From Lama guanicoe (taxonomy: Eukaryota): a stretch of 64,000 nucleotides of DNA. The notes beneath the pieces are model-generated. The model was not told the origin of the DNA and did not search any database. It saw only the letters and a list, made by a program, of their open reading frames with translations. The translations under genes and the position numbers were made by a program. This document shows positions 13,838-26,116 of this stretch, in pieces. The stretch's first letter is position 1; each line of letters begins with the position of its first letter. The DNA lies in assembly GCA_013239625.1 (NCBI GenBank), contig MU053652.1, positions 8,630,077 to 8,694,076 on the forward strand, given 5' to 3'.

Positions 13838-16158
13838 CAGGCATACCTCCCTTCACTGGGCTTCACTTTACTGCTCTTTGCAGATGTTAACATTTTTTAT
13901 AAACTGAAGGTTTGTGGCAACCCTGCATGGTGTCAGTCTTTCAGTGCCATTTTTCCGACACCATTTGCTCACTTCGTGTCTCTGTGCCACATTTTGGTAC
14001 TTTTTTCAATATATCAAACTTTCATTGTATTTATCATGGTCATCTGTGATCAGTGATCTTTGATGTTACTATTGTAATTGTCTTGGGTGTCACAAACCAC
14101 ACCCATGTAAGATGATGAACTTAATTGGTAAGTGTGTGTTCTGTTTCACCAACTGGCCATTCCCTGTCTTGTCTTTTTCCCTCTCTTGGGGTCTCCCTGT
14201 TCCCTGAGACACAACAATATTGAAATAAGGCCATTAATAACCCTACAATGGCTTCTAAGTGTTCAAGTGAAAGGAAGAGTTGCATATCTGTCACTTTAAA
14301 TCAAAAGCTAGAAATGATCAACTTAGGGAGGAAGGTATGCTTAACACCAAGATAGACTGAAAGCTAGGCCTTTCGCACCTAAGAGTTAGCAAAGCTATAA
14401 ATTCAAAGGAAAAGTTCTTGAAGGAAATTAAAAGTGCTACTCCAGTAAATCAATCCTTTGTGTGAAAAGAAAGTCAAACAGCTTTGTTACTGATACGGAG
14501 AAAATTTGAGTGATCCAGATAGAAGATCAAACTACTCACAACATTCCCTTAAGCCCAAACCTAATCCAGAGTCAGGCCCTAACTCTCTTCAACTCAGTGA
14601 AGGCTGAGAGAGGTGAGGAAGCTGCAGACGAAAAGTTTGAAGCCAGCAGAAGTTAGTTCATGAGGTTTAAGGAAAGAAGCCATCTTTATTACATAAAGTG
14701 CACGATGAAACAGCACATGCTGATATAGAAGCTGCAGTAAATTATGTAGAAGATCTAGCTAGGATAATTCATGAAGGTAGCTGCACTGAACAACAGATTT
14801 CCAGTGTAGACGAAACAACCATCTATATGTGGCTAGTGAGGAGAAGTCAATGCTTGTCTTCAAAGCCTCAAAGGACAGACTGACTCTCTTGTTAGGGGCT
14901 AATGCAACTGATGACTTTCATTCTGAAAATCCTGAGCCCTTAAGAATTATGCTAACTCCACTCTGCCTGTGCTCCATAAACGGAACAGCAAAGCCTGGAT
15001 AACAGCTTATCTGTTTACGACATGGTTTACTGAATACGTTGAGCCTACTGCTCAGAAAATTCCTTTGAAAGTATCACTGCTCATTGACAACGCACCTGGT
15101 CACCCAAGAGCTTTGGTGGAGATGTGCTATGAAATTACTGTTGTTTTCATACCTGCTAGCACAACGTATATTCTTTAGCCCATGGGTCAAGGGGTAAATT
15201 TGACTTTCAAGTCCTACTATCTAAGAAATACCTTTCATAAGGCTATAGCTGCTATAGATTGTGGTTCTTCTGATAGATCTGGACAGAGCCAGTTGAAAAC
15301 CTTCTGGAAAGTACTCACCATTCCAGATGCCGTTAAGAACATTGATTCAAGGGAAGAGGTCAAAGTATCAACATTAACTGGAAGGTTTTTTATTATTATT
15401 ATTCTAGTTGACTTACAATATTTCAGGAGTTTGGAAGAAGCTGATTCCAACTCCCATGGATGACTTGGAGGCAGTTCAAAACTTCACTGGAGGAAGTAAC
15501 TGCGGATGTGGTGGGAACAGCAACAGAACTAGAATTAGCAGTAGAGCCTGAAGATGTGACTGTATGGCTGGTTAAACTTTAATGGATGAGAAGTTGCTTC
15601 TTATGGATGAGCAAAGACAGTGGTTTCTTGAGATGGAATCTACTCCTGATGAAGAAGCTGTGAAGATTTTCATAGTGACAACAAAGGATTTGGAACATTA
15701 CATAAACACAATTGATAAAGCAGCAGCGGAGTTTGACAGATTGACTCCAGTTTTGAAGGAAGTTCTATTGCGGGTAATACGCTGTCGAACAGCACTGCAT
15801 ACTACAGAGAAATCGTTTCTGAGAGGAAGGGTCAATTGACATGGCAAACTTCATTTAAGAAATTGCCACAGCCACCATCCTGATCAGTCAGCAGCCATCA
15901 ACACTGAGGCAAAACTCTCCATCAGCAAAAGATTACAACTCACTGGAAGGTCAGATGATGGTTAGTGATTTTTAGTGATAAAGTATTTTTAAGTGAATGT
16001 TTATACATTGTTTTTAAGACATAATGCTATTACACACTTACTAGACTACAATATAATGTAAACATAATTGATACATGCACTGGAGAACCAAAAAAATTGT
16101 CTGGGCTGGCTTTATTGTGGTCTGAAAACAAACCTGCAGTGTCTCCAAGGTGTGCCTG
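13838..16158 (+). mobile_element. Near full-length Tigger1 (Tc1/mariner-pogo) DNA transposon with a decayed transposase
   Basis: TIRs CAGGCATACCTC (13838) and aaggtgtgcctg (ends 16158), followed by TA. The transposase ATG is at 14248 (ATGGCTTCTAAGTGTTCAAGTGAAAGG). Fragments KAWITAYLFTTWFTEY, LLIDNAPGHPRAL and MGQGVNLTFKSYYLRNTF are broken by stops and frameshifts. Confidence 0.93.
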
Positions 16159-17307
16159 TATTGTAATGGAAGTCCCAATCAATGTAGTAAGAAAAAGAGC
16201 ATCATTAAACTTATAAAGATAACCTCCATATTTACAGGTGGTTTATTTTTCACCTAGACAATTTCCAGGGGACCTACAGAGAAACTAGTAAAAGTAATGA
16301 CTTTAGCAAGTTTGTGTAATTTTTATCCCCCAGACAGAAAGAAATCTGTAGCACTTTTTTAAAATAATAGTAACTTATTAAAACATGGCAGCATGAAAAA
16401 ATAATTCATTCTCAAAAGCATCACAACTTATAAAGTGCCTCTGAAAAACAAATGCAACCTAATACTGCAAGGTCCCAGTGGAGAAATACTATGAAATAAT
16501 TACTGAAGAACATAGAAGAGAGATTTTTGTTTCTGAATGGGAAAAGTTTGGTGTCATAAAGATGTCAGTTACCCTCAATTTAGTCAGTAAGTCATTGCAA
16601 TTACAGCCTCTTGACAGGGGTTTTCCTTTGTTTTATGTCACTTGATAAGCTGATATGGAAATTTATATAGAAAGGCAACGGGTCAGCCATAGCCAAGACT
16701 GTATAGAAGAGGAGGAGGAATGACGTGTGACATGGGGAGATACACCCTACCAGCAGTCAGTTATTGAAACTGAGACAGACAGGTGTTAGCAGAGAGGCAA
16801 GTAAATAAGCTAGTAGGTCAGAAATAAACCCATGCATAGATAAAAACTTGGTGTGTGTCACAGGTGGCATTATTAGTCTGGGGCAAGTAGTAGACTGACG
16901 AACATTGCTAGGATAATTGGCTACCCAGATAGAGTTAAAGATAATACTGGATTCTGTCTTCACTCTCTACACAAATACATTCTGAATATAGTAAATACAA
17001 AAATTTGAAAAGCAAAAATTTAGAAGAAAACATAAGAGAACATATAAAGAATAGGACAGGATTTTTTTAAGCGAAAGAAACTACAAATCATAAATAAAAA
17101 ATGGAAAAATTCTCCTAAATTAAAACAGAAATATTTCATATAACAAGTGAAGCAAAGTGATATCACAAGGCCTATAATTATCATAGACTTAATATCTAAA
17201 ATGCATACAGAACTCCTACATCTGCATGAAAAGGCAAACAGTTCTTGAACCCATGAGTAAGGGATATAAATAATTCAAGGAATAGGAAGCCTACATAGCC
17301 AATAAAC

Positions 17308-17767
17308 TATATTAGTTTCATGGAGCTGCTGTAACAAATTGCAACAAACTGAGTGGCTTGAAACAGCACATTTATTCTCGCACAGTTTGGGAGGCCAGGC
17401 ATCTGAAATCAAGGTGTAAGCAGGGCTGCACACTCCCTCTGAAAGCTCTGGGGGAGAATCCTTTGAAGCCTCTTCCAGGTTTGGCTGTTGGCATTTTTGC
17501 CTTCCTTGGTTTATGACCGCCTCACTCTAATGCTTGCCTTTGGCTTTACGTTGCTTGCTTCTCTTCTGTCGGCCGAATCTTCCCTGTGTCTCTCTTACCA
17601 GGACGTTTGTCCATGGATTTGGAGTTACCCGATAGTCTGGGATGATCTCTTCATGTCAAGATTCTCAACTTCATTTGCAAAGACTTCTCCCGAATAAGAT
17701 AACACTCCCAGGCTCCAGGAATTCGACGTAGACGTGTATTTGGGGGAGTCATTGTTCAACCCAGTAC
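17308..17767 (-). mobile_element. MLT1C-type MaLR LTR inserted into the old L1
   Basis: tattagtttcatggagctgctgtaacaaattgcaacaaactgagtggcttgaaacagcacatttattctcgcacagtttgggaggcc...attgttcaacccagtac. Confidence 0.8.
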
Positions 17768-18462
17768 TGTCAAGAAATGGCTAACATCCCTTGTGATCAA
17801 GGATATTTAGATTAAAATCATGAAAGACTATGTGTCGTTTTTCAGTTTTGCATATTTGGAAACATTAAACTTGAATAAGGATATAGAGGAATAAGTACTT
17901 ACATGCTTCTGGCCAAGGTGTAAATCTTTTCAAACACTTTGGTGAGTACTTTGGTGATACCTGTTCAGCTCGAAGATGCCTAGTGCCTATATCCTCTGAC
18001 CTAGCAGTTGAACTTCCAGGTGTATATATACTGTAGAGAAATTCTAGCACAGGGAAATCTATTCTGGAATGTCTATTGGAACATTGTTCAAAATGTCAAA
18101 AAGGTGAAAGGAGCCCAAAATATTCATCCACAGATGAGTGAATAAACATATAGTGTGACACAGTCATATGATAGAATGCTATAAAGGAGTGAATCTCAAA
18201 AACAATGGGCAAAAGAGACAAGTTGCTAAATGATTTGTATAGTACAGTTCTATTTATATAAAATTTTGTGACGTGCGGTATAATTTTCTATGTTGTTTAT
18301 GAATCAATGCACATGAAACTTTCATGGAATCAATACCATGTTCTGGGGTAGGGTTTATCTCTGGGGATTTTAGAAGGATTATTGGTTTGGGGATTGGTAT
18401 ATAAGAACCTTCAAGTATATCTGAAATTTTCCTTAAAAAAAATAAGATTAAAAAGCAAACAT

Positions 18463-18915
18463 ACTGCACTAGGTTGCTTAGAGTTCCCCCCCAAGTTCAA
18501 ATCCTCAGAGCCTCGGAGTGTGACTTTATTTGGAAATAGGATTGTTGCAGGTATAATTAGCTAAACTAAGGCGAGGGCATACCAGAGCAGAGTGGGCCCG
18601 TAACCTAATATGACTGGTGTGCTTACGGAGAGGAGAAGAGAGACTGAGACACGAGGAAAACACCCTGTGAAGATGAAGACAGAGGCAGACATGGAGGGGC
18701 GCGTCCACGAGCGAGGGCCCCAGGGATCTCCGGGAACCACCAGAATGTCGTGGAGAAGCACGGAACAGATTCTCTGAGCCCGCACTGGGAACCAACCCTG
18801 CCAGCATCTTGACTTTTCAATGTCTACTCTCCAGAGCTGTGGGGAAGAAAAACTCCTGTTGTTTCAAGTCATCCAGTGTGTGATCCTTTGCTACAACTGC
18901 CCGAGGGACTGAATA
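18463..18915 (+). mobile_element. MLT1B/C-type MaLR LTR
   Basis: gtgtgactttatttggaaataggattgttgcaggtataattag...gaaccaaccctgccagcatcttgact...ctccagagctgtg...cctgttgtttcaagtcatccagtgtgtg. Confidence 0.8.
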
Positions 18916-19062
18916 TTAAAGTTGAGATAATAGCTGATGCTTGTTGCAAAACCTCCAACATTACCAATTAATGTCGGGGGCTCACTCAGCATTGAAAAAG
19001 TTGCTCTTGTCTGGTATCCAATATGGAAAATAATTACGCATCTGGACCTAGTTATAAAAAAC

Positions 19063-19290
19063 AGAGGCTATGAGACATCAGACATTGGGGTGAAATCTTG
19101 GTTCACCTACTTAACCAGCTGTTCAGTGTTTCACAGATTACTTGCTTAGCTTCAGTTTTTTTATTTATAAAGTGGAGATTCTGATAGTATCTACTTCATC
19201 GCGTTGTTGTGAGTATTGAATGAGCTAATACATAAAGAGCTAAACACCAGGCATTCGGTAATGACTCAAATTAAAGCTCGCATTGCTGTT
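19063..19290 (+). mobile_element. MIR SINE (others at ~6830-7015 +, ~21000-21215 -, ~23130-23320 -, ~40620-40815 -, ~63430-63640 +)
   Basis: MIR core: cttcagttttttatttataaagtggagattctgatagtatctacttcatcgcgttgttgtgagtattgaatgagctaatacataaag. Confidence 0.7.
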
Positions 19291-19718
19291 AGCAATAGCA
19301 TTATAAATTACTGTCATTCAACAAATTATAAAAGTACTACACTTGAGATATATCAGCTAGGAGAGTTTGTAAGGACACTACACTAGTCACCTTGGGGATA
19401 CTTTTACTCCTGTGTTCTAGTTTGATCTCAGTTTATGCCCCACACCTAGTAGCCCATTTTGCATATATGTATTTTTATTGAGACACGAACATAAAAAACC
19501 CCCAAATCTTGAGTAGTTCAAACTCTCCAATTTACTGTGGATTCTTTAGTTAATTATTTCACCTACAGCCCTGTGAATGTTCGGTTTTATTAAATGATAG
19601 ATAAGTATTAAAGAAGAAAAGAAATTTACCAAAGACTTTATAATTTAAAAAATGAGAGGTAGAAAATCAAGTTAAAAATTTAAGCCACCTGGAAACAATT
19701 CAAAAGTGGTAGAGAGGG

Positions 19719-20138
19719 GATGGATCCGGAGATCGCCATTCTCAGTGAAGGAACCCAGAAAGGGAAAGAAAAATACCATATGATACCACTCTTATGTGAA
19801 ATCTTAAAAAAAAAAAAAAGACACAAATAAACTTATTTACAAAAGAGAACAGACTCACAGAGATAGAAAACAAACTTATGGTTCCCAGCGGGGAATGTGG
19901 GTGGGAAGGGATAAATTGGGAGTTCGAGATTTGGAGATACTAACTACTATATATATAAAATAGATAAACAACAAGGACCTACTGTTTAGTTCAGGGAACT
20001 ATATTCAATATTGTACAGTAACCTATAATGGAAAAGAATATGAAAAGGGATGTATGTATGTACATGTATGACTGAAATATCATGCTGTACACCAGAAATT
20101 GACAAAACACAGTAAACTGACTATACTTCAAAAAAAAA
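19719..20138 (+). mobile_element. 5'-truncated lineage-specific L1 3' end
   Basis: cagactcacagagatagaaaacaaacttatggtt...aaggacctactgtttagttcagggaactatattcaat...actgactatacttcaaaaaaaaa. Degenerate TSD aaaagtggtagagagg / aaaattgttgagagg. Confidence 0.85.
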
Positions 20139-23100
20139 TTGTTGAGAGGATAGGCACAGTGAATTCCACGAATTCCATGTCCACTTTGTACACTTGTAGG
20201 TTCAGAGGCTGTCACTCACGTGTATTTTTGGATTAACTGTGTCACTTTTCCTCTTGAATTATATGGAGTATCTGTCATTTCATTTTCCCGCTTGCATAAT
20301 CCGCTGGTATAATCTCAATCAAATGGGCATCAGAACAACAATAATTCAATGTGAGGTCTTGCCCAGAGCCTAGTTTTTTAATGTGGAGATTACAAACACT
20401 TTTGCTTTCTCACCTGATGATAACGTCTTCTTCTTAAGTCTTAAATTAAACTTTGAGTCATTGGTGACATGAATGCTCTTCTTGCAGCCTGACATGGATT
20501 ACTAATGTAACAATTACTTGGTGAAACAAGGCTCTTTTTCAAGGTGTTGAAAAATATCTTGCCAGGAGAGCCCTAATCAAAAGCTTTACTTTGTTTTCCT
20601 CTTATCTATTTTTATGGGAGGTTTGTGGGTGTGAGGGAACAAAAAAGACATTTTTTTGAAGTGGCATATATATTAAGATGATACTATTCATGATAAGCAA
20701 GCTTTAACTGTTTTCATGCATCCTTTGTGAATCATGTAATACTTTCTCTAATGAGCAGTCACTTACTAGTTGTTTAGCTGGAGATGTTAACAGGTATTTG
20801 TATAATAGATGAGTAGTTTTTTAAGTGTTATATGTGGAAAAGTGATACTAAATGTTCTATGTCCATATATAGATTTGCTTAGAATTAAAGGATTAAGAAA
20901 GTCCTTTAAATACCCTGGCATCCTTCTTATCTAATCAAGTAAGTGACTAAGACCATCATGTAAAGATAATGTTAGTGGTTAATGTTAATGTTAATGTTAA
21001 CACATATCAGTCTGTGTATGAGCCGAAGTGTTCTAAGTGCTTTAGACTGTGTACATTTTTTCAAATAATCCTCATATGGGTTCTAAAATTTCAGCATTGC
21101 TGCGACCCCTATTTTACCAGTAAAGAGATCGGGGCACGTAAAAGCAGGGGATCTGCGCCAGGTTGCAGAGCTAGCGTAAACACGAGGTTCAAATCTGGGC
21201 AGCCTGACTTCAGAATGAATTAAACCTGTGAAATTTAACAATTTCTATTCATGAAAACTAATGAGACCTACTATGAAACATGATATAAAACAGATTTGTT
21301 TTTAAATTTAAGAATTCAACGGCCCCATGAGCTTCATGAACCTGAATCAAGGATGCTTTGTGATCTCACATGTGCCGTATGGGCTGCTTTATGGTAAATT
21401 GGACCAAACATTTCAGGGAAGTTGGCGCTTTGGCTTAGGGTATTGGGACTGTGTGTGAATGAACTGCTTCACGTTTGGGCCGGATTTATCGTCTTACACC
21501 GTTCCTGCTGCTTATTTCACGTTACTTAGGGTATTTATCACATCAGAGTTCTTGGCTAAGTTGCAACCTTGAACTCCTGTCTGAATCCTCAGGTACATAG
21601 AAAGAAAGATTCATGAGTACAGAAATTGGTTTTTTTTTTCCCCTTTGATCATTGCTCTAGCCTCAGTACCTAGAACTGTGCTCAGAGTGTTTTTGATAAG
21701 TATTTGCATGAATGAGAGAAAGAATAGCATGGATATTGTGTAGATGGTTCTTGGATTGTCCTCCTGGAGAAGATGTGAAAAACAGGGTATGTCAGGTTCT
21801 TTCTTACATCAGAGAATCACCTGTACTATAAAATCAAATAAGTAATTTCACACACTTCAGTGTACTTAGGCTCTGTAGGAAGACAAAGGGATATAACCAA
21901 ATCTTACCCTCATAGAGCCTATAATTGAGAATCAAAAAGCCTCTATTAGAGGGAAAAAGTGAATTAATGTAACACCTGCAGAAAAATATCACCAGGCAGT
22001 ATATCATTTCCTAAGAAAGGATGTAGAAAAATGAAGAAAATGGTGCTTATTTCTTAAAAAGGTACATAGTATTTGACTTATTTTTATTTTAAAATGCATG
22101 TGTAGTACATCGTTTTTACTGTAAAACAGAAGTACAAAAGAGACAGCTCATTATAACTCATAATTTGTACTTGGTCAGATGTTTTCTGGGAGTTGCAGGA
22201 TTTTAAGAGTATCTTACGCTGGGAATAGAAGGCCTTATGGGTTGGTGAGAAAGTTGGTTGCATTTAAAACTTCTTACTTTAACTGTTACTGCTGATACGA
22301 TGTTAGGGCTTTGAGGCACTGAAATGAGCAAAATTAATCTGATAGTTTTCTCTGGATAATTAGCATTTGGCTTATGACTTGAGACCTATCTATCTATAGA
22401 CAGATAGATGGATAGATATATTGTTACATAAAAGGTAATTAAAGGAGCATTTTTAATTCAGTAGAATCTAGGTGCTTATATATTAGAAATAGTTGTTACT
22501 TTGTGGCTGTATATTACTCCATTTTAATTCCATTTTTCAGATGCAGTGAGGTGGATGGAATTTATTCTTGACTTTTGGAGAGAAAATGTGAGACAGATGG
22601 CCTCTGATCCTGTGATATTAAATAAGCCTTTTTCTGGACAACTGTTGTCAAAGTATTTCTTAGCTGAGGGGAGACATGTCAAATCATTGCTCGTTCTTTT
22701 TTTTTTTTTTTAATGAATGACCATATAATGCAGAGGTTACCAAAAGCTGCTGATACATCATAATATTTTGCAGAATAAGTGCTTGAAAAGTCAAACATTT
22801 GTTGGGGATCCTGAGTAAGCTTTATTGTGCTAGTGTAGGGACAGGGGAGGAAACAGGATTTACAGAAATAAGACGACACTGCTCCTCCCAAGACTGTCTA
22901 AATCGAACAGAAGTGCAGACAGACATCTAAGCATCTAACTACACTATATAATATATGGCAAAATTAAATGACTGTCAAATAGGTGCAAAAAGAATGTGTC
23001 ATAGGAGCAGGTTGCTTTGACTGGAAAGATTGCAAAAGGGAGATTGGCATCAGTCTTGAAGGTTGAGAAAATGTTACTAGGTAGAAAACAGAGCAAAGAG

Positions 23101-24504
23101 GCTTCACAGAATTGGGAAGGGGAAGGGGGCCCATTTATTGAGCCCCTGCCACGCTGGCAGTGTGCTCGGTGAATTACCAATGTGAAATAGGTCATCTGAT
23201 ACGCACCGTGGCCCCAGGAGGCAGGCATTACTTCCCCATCTTACAGATGACAAAACGGAGGCTCAGCATGCAGAGGCTGGATTTCAAAGCAGGTCTGTCT
23301 CACTTAGCCTGTGCTTCAGTATAGCTTCTGTTAGTGTGATGACTCCATATTCCTGTTTTTTAATTCTCTGCTGCCTCCCAGGAGGGATTAAATTACTCCA
23401 GTAAAGGAGTAAGGATTTTGCAACATGTGAATTGGAAAAGCATAAGGGATCTCATGTGGGAAAATCTCCTTAATCACCACTGCCCTGCTATTTCTGACTG
23501 CTGAGAGCTCACTCAGCGTTAACCTCACTCCATGGGACTGGTCGTAGGAAGGCAAAGCTTATACAGTTCTTTGGTGACCAGTCTGAGAAGGTCTAGAATC
23601 TTCTTTAGGGTTTTAGGGCGACTTTGGAATGGCAGAGCTCCAAAAGCAGCCTCCGTGGCCATGTGGTCCTCATCCTCAGTTGTACCGACAGGAGCGGAAT
23701 AGTCTGTTATGAGAACAAGACAGGTTCTGGTGGTTATTCAGAAGATCTTGCTTTTACTTTTTTCCCCTTTTTTTGAGTATATTGTTTTTTCTCCACCCTT
23801 TCAAAAAAAAAATCCATTCTAAATGGTTGAGTTTATATTAAGATGTATTTTGTCCTAGGCTCAAAGAGAGATATAAAACCACCAACTACTGTCCTTTAAT
23901 CTTGTGTTTGCTTAAGAATGTTTGCGTTTGCCTCTTAACGCAAAGGCTGTGGGGTGAGGTTTTCCCCAAAACTACCAGTAATGAGTTTCTACTCTGTTGA
24001 TTACCATTCTATCTTCTAACTTGGTAGATTGAATGAGAAGAAAAAGTTGTTTTGAATTGAGTGTTAACGTTTTGTAGACCTTCACTTGAATTCAGAATGT
24101 GGAAGAGAGAGTCATTTGTGTAGTTTAGTTTATATCCACGGAAGTTTAAAGGGACTTGGTCACATTCCAGATGCTCATTTATCTTAGCATTCAGGTATGG
24201 CTGCCAGAAACTCAGCTTTATGAGTATTAAATTTATGGAAGAATTAAAGGTTGAACTCACTATGCATCTTCTAACTAGTCTATACTCTAACTGAAATGGT
24301 CACTCTTATGAAGATAAAACGAAATAGATGAGTTCTTGCATGAATCATTGTAGAGGTTAGAATTCAGAGGATAAGACACTAGAAATTTAATTAACGTTTA
24401 TTGAGAACCAATGATGTGCTAGGTACTGTACAAGAAGCTGAGTTTTGTAAAAAAGAGTAAGATTTAATCCCAGACTTGGAGATTAATAGAGGAGATCATT
24501 TTGT

Positions 24505-25060
24505 AGCGGGGAGTCTATCAGCTGTTCTGTAATAAACCACTCCAAAACTCAGTGTAGATCAGGGCAGTATATTTTTATAAACTATGAAAAAAAAAAGTAG
24601 TATCTGTTACTGCTCAGAAGTCTGGATGGGCTTGGTGATTCTTTAGGTCTTGGCTGGACTCTGGCGTGTCTGTGGTCACTTCGGGATTATGGAGACATCT
24701 CTGGTCATCTTGGGGTCTCCCATACGTCTGCCCATCCGTAGACTGACATAGGGTGGCCTCAGCTAGGACACCTGCGCTCTCCTCCATAGTGTCTCCCCCT
24801 CTGTCGGGCTAGCCTTCTTTGCTGGAGGGCGGCAGGGATCCCAGAGTGAGGGGAAGAGTGCAAGTCCTCCTGAAGCTTAGGCTTGGAACTGGCACATCAG
24901 TCATCACTTCCTTGCCAGTCTGTTCACCAACTTGAATCACCAGGCCATCTGGATTCAAAGGGCAAAGAAATAAATCCCTCTCCTGAAGGACCTGCTATGT
25001 CACATTGCAAAGGGCATAATCGGGAGGGAAGCAATTGAGGTCACTTTTCAATTAGTGTTC
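24505..25060 (-). mobile_element. Old MLT1 (F/G-type) MaLR LTR
   Basis: tcagctgttctgtaataaaccactccaaaactcagtg...gcttaggcttggaactggcacatcagtcatcacttcc...gtcacattgcaaagggcat. Confidence 0.65.
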
Positions 25061-25476
25061 CTTCCGTAGGGACCGTTCCTTCCGAAGGGACAAAGCCTGT
25101 GTAAGGTCTTATCTAGTGACAGCTGCAGTAGGGGTACAGGAAGCTGTAAGCTTTTGAATTGAAGAAGTTCCCATTTCAGGACTGATAATAGTGGAAAATA
25201 AGGCTAGATTGAAGGAAAAGAGGACCAAGCTGGAGTGGCTTACATTGTATTTCTAGAAGCTTGGGTGTTATCCTTTGGATAGAGAGAGGCATAAGGGTTT
25301 AGGCAAATAGAAATGCCATTGTAAACTTCATTATTTTCTCTAGGTTGCTCTGACAGCAGGATAAATTAAAGGTGAGCAAAACATTGATGGGAAATTAGGT
25401 GCTATTGTAAAATTTTAGACTATGAAATGATTATGAAGATCACACTAAACCAGTATTTATTCAAGTGTGGTAAACC

Positions 25477-26116
25477 AGGGGTGGGGGTTATGATATTTGT
25501 CTGACTTAACTTTACTTAATATGATCATCTCCAGGTCCATCCATATTGCTGCCATTGGCATTATTTCATTCTCTTTTATGGCTGAGTAATATTCCATTGT
25601 GTGTGTCTGTGTGTGTGTGTGTGTCTGTGTGTGCGCGCGCGTGTACCACATCTTCTTTATCCAGTCATCTGTTGATGGACACTTAAGGTTGTTTCCATGT
25701 CTTGGCTATTGTAAATAGTGCTGCTGCGAACATTGGGGTGCATGTGTTTTTTTGAGCTATAGTTTTCTATGGACATGTGCCCAGGATACAAACCAAAAAC
25801 AGACTCACGGACATGAAAAACAGACTATGGTTACTATAGGGGAGAGTGAGGAGGGATAAATTAGGGATTGGGGAATTAACAGATACACATTACTATATAT
25901 AAAATAGATGAACAGCAAGAACCTACTGTATAGCACAGGGAGCTATATTCAATTTCTTGTAATAACATAATGGAAAAGAATCTGAAAAGAAAAAGAAAAA
26001 TATATATATATGTATAACTGACACACTTTGCTGTACACCTGAAACTAACATTGTAAATCAACTACACTTCAATAGAAATTTTTTTATAAAGAGTTAAAAA
26101 AAATGTGGTGAAAAAA
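25477..26116. mobile_element. 5'-inverted (twin-primed) L1 insertion
   Basis: A minus-strand L1 segment (~25490-25786) is joined to a plus-strand 3' end (25787-~26100) with an A tail. TSD aagtgtggtaaacc (25463-25476) / aaatgtgatgaacc (26117-26130). Confidence 0.82.
25588..25644 (+). repeat. Compound (TG)n(CG)n microsatellite
   Basis: tgtgtgtgtctgtgtgtgtgtgtgtgtctgtgtgtgcgcgcgcgtgt; an alternating purine-pyrimidine tract. Confidence 0.85.

Larger units (their letters stand above)
12960..18450 (+). mobile_element. Ancient L1M (L1MC/ME-type) ORF2 and 3' UTR remnant, interrupted by Tigger1 and an MLT1
   Basis: A-rich L1 ORF2-like sequence (caaaattgactcaggaagaaatagaaaacctgaat; catcaggaataagacatgatggcc...|attgtaatggaagtcc). 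It resumes after 16160 and again after 17767 with L1 3' UTR motifs. Boundaries are approximate. Confidence 0.75.

Noticed and set aside
14248..15839. Active transposase or domesticated TIGD1-like gene
   Set aside because: The frame is broken by several stops, frameshifts, a deletion and an insertion. Only short fragments remain.
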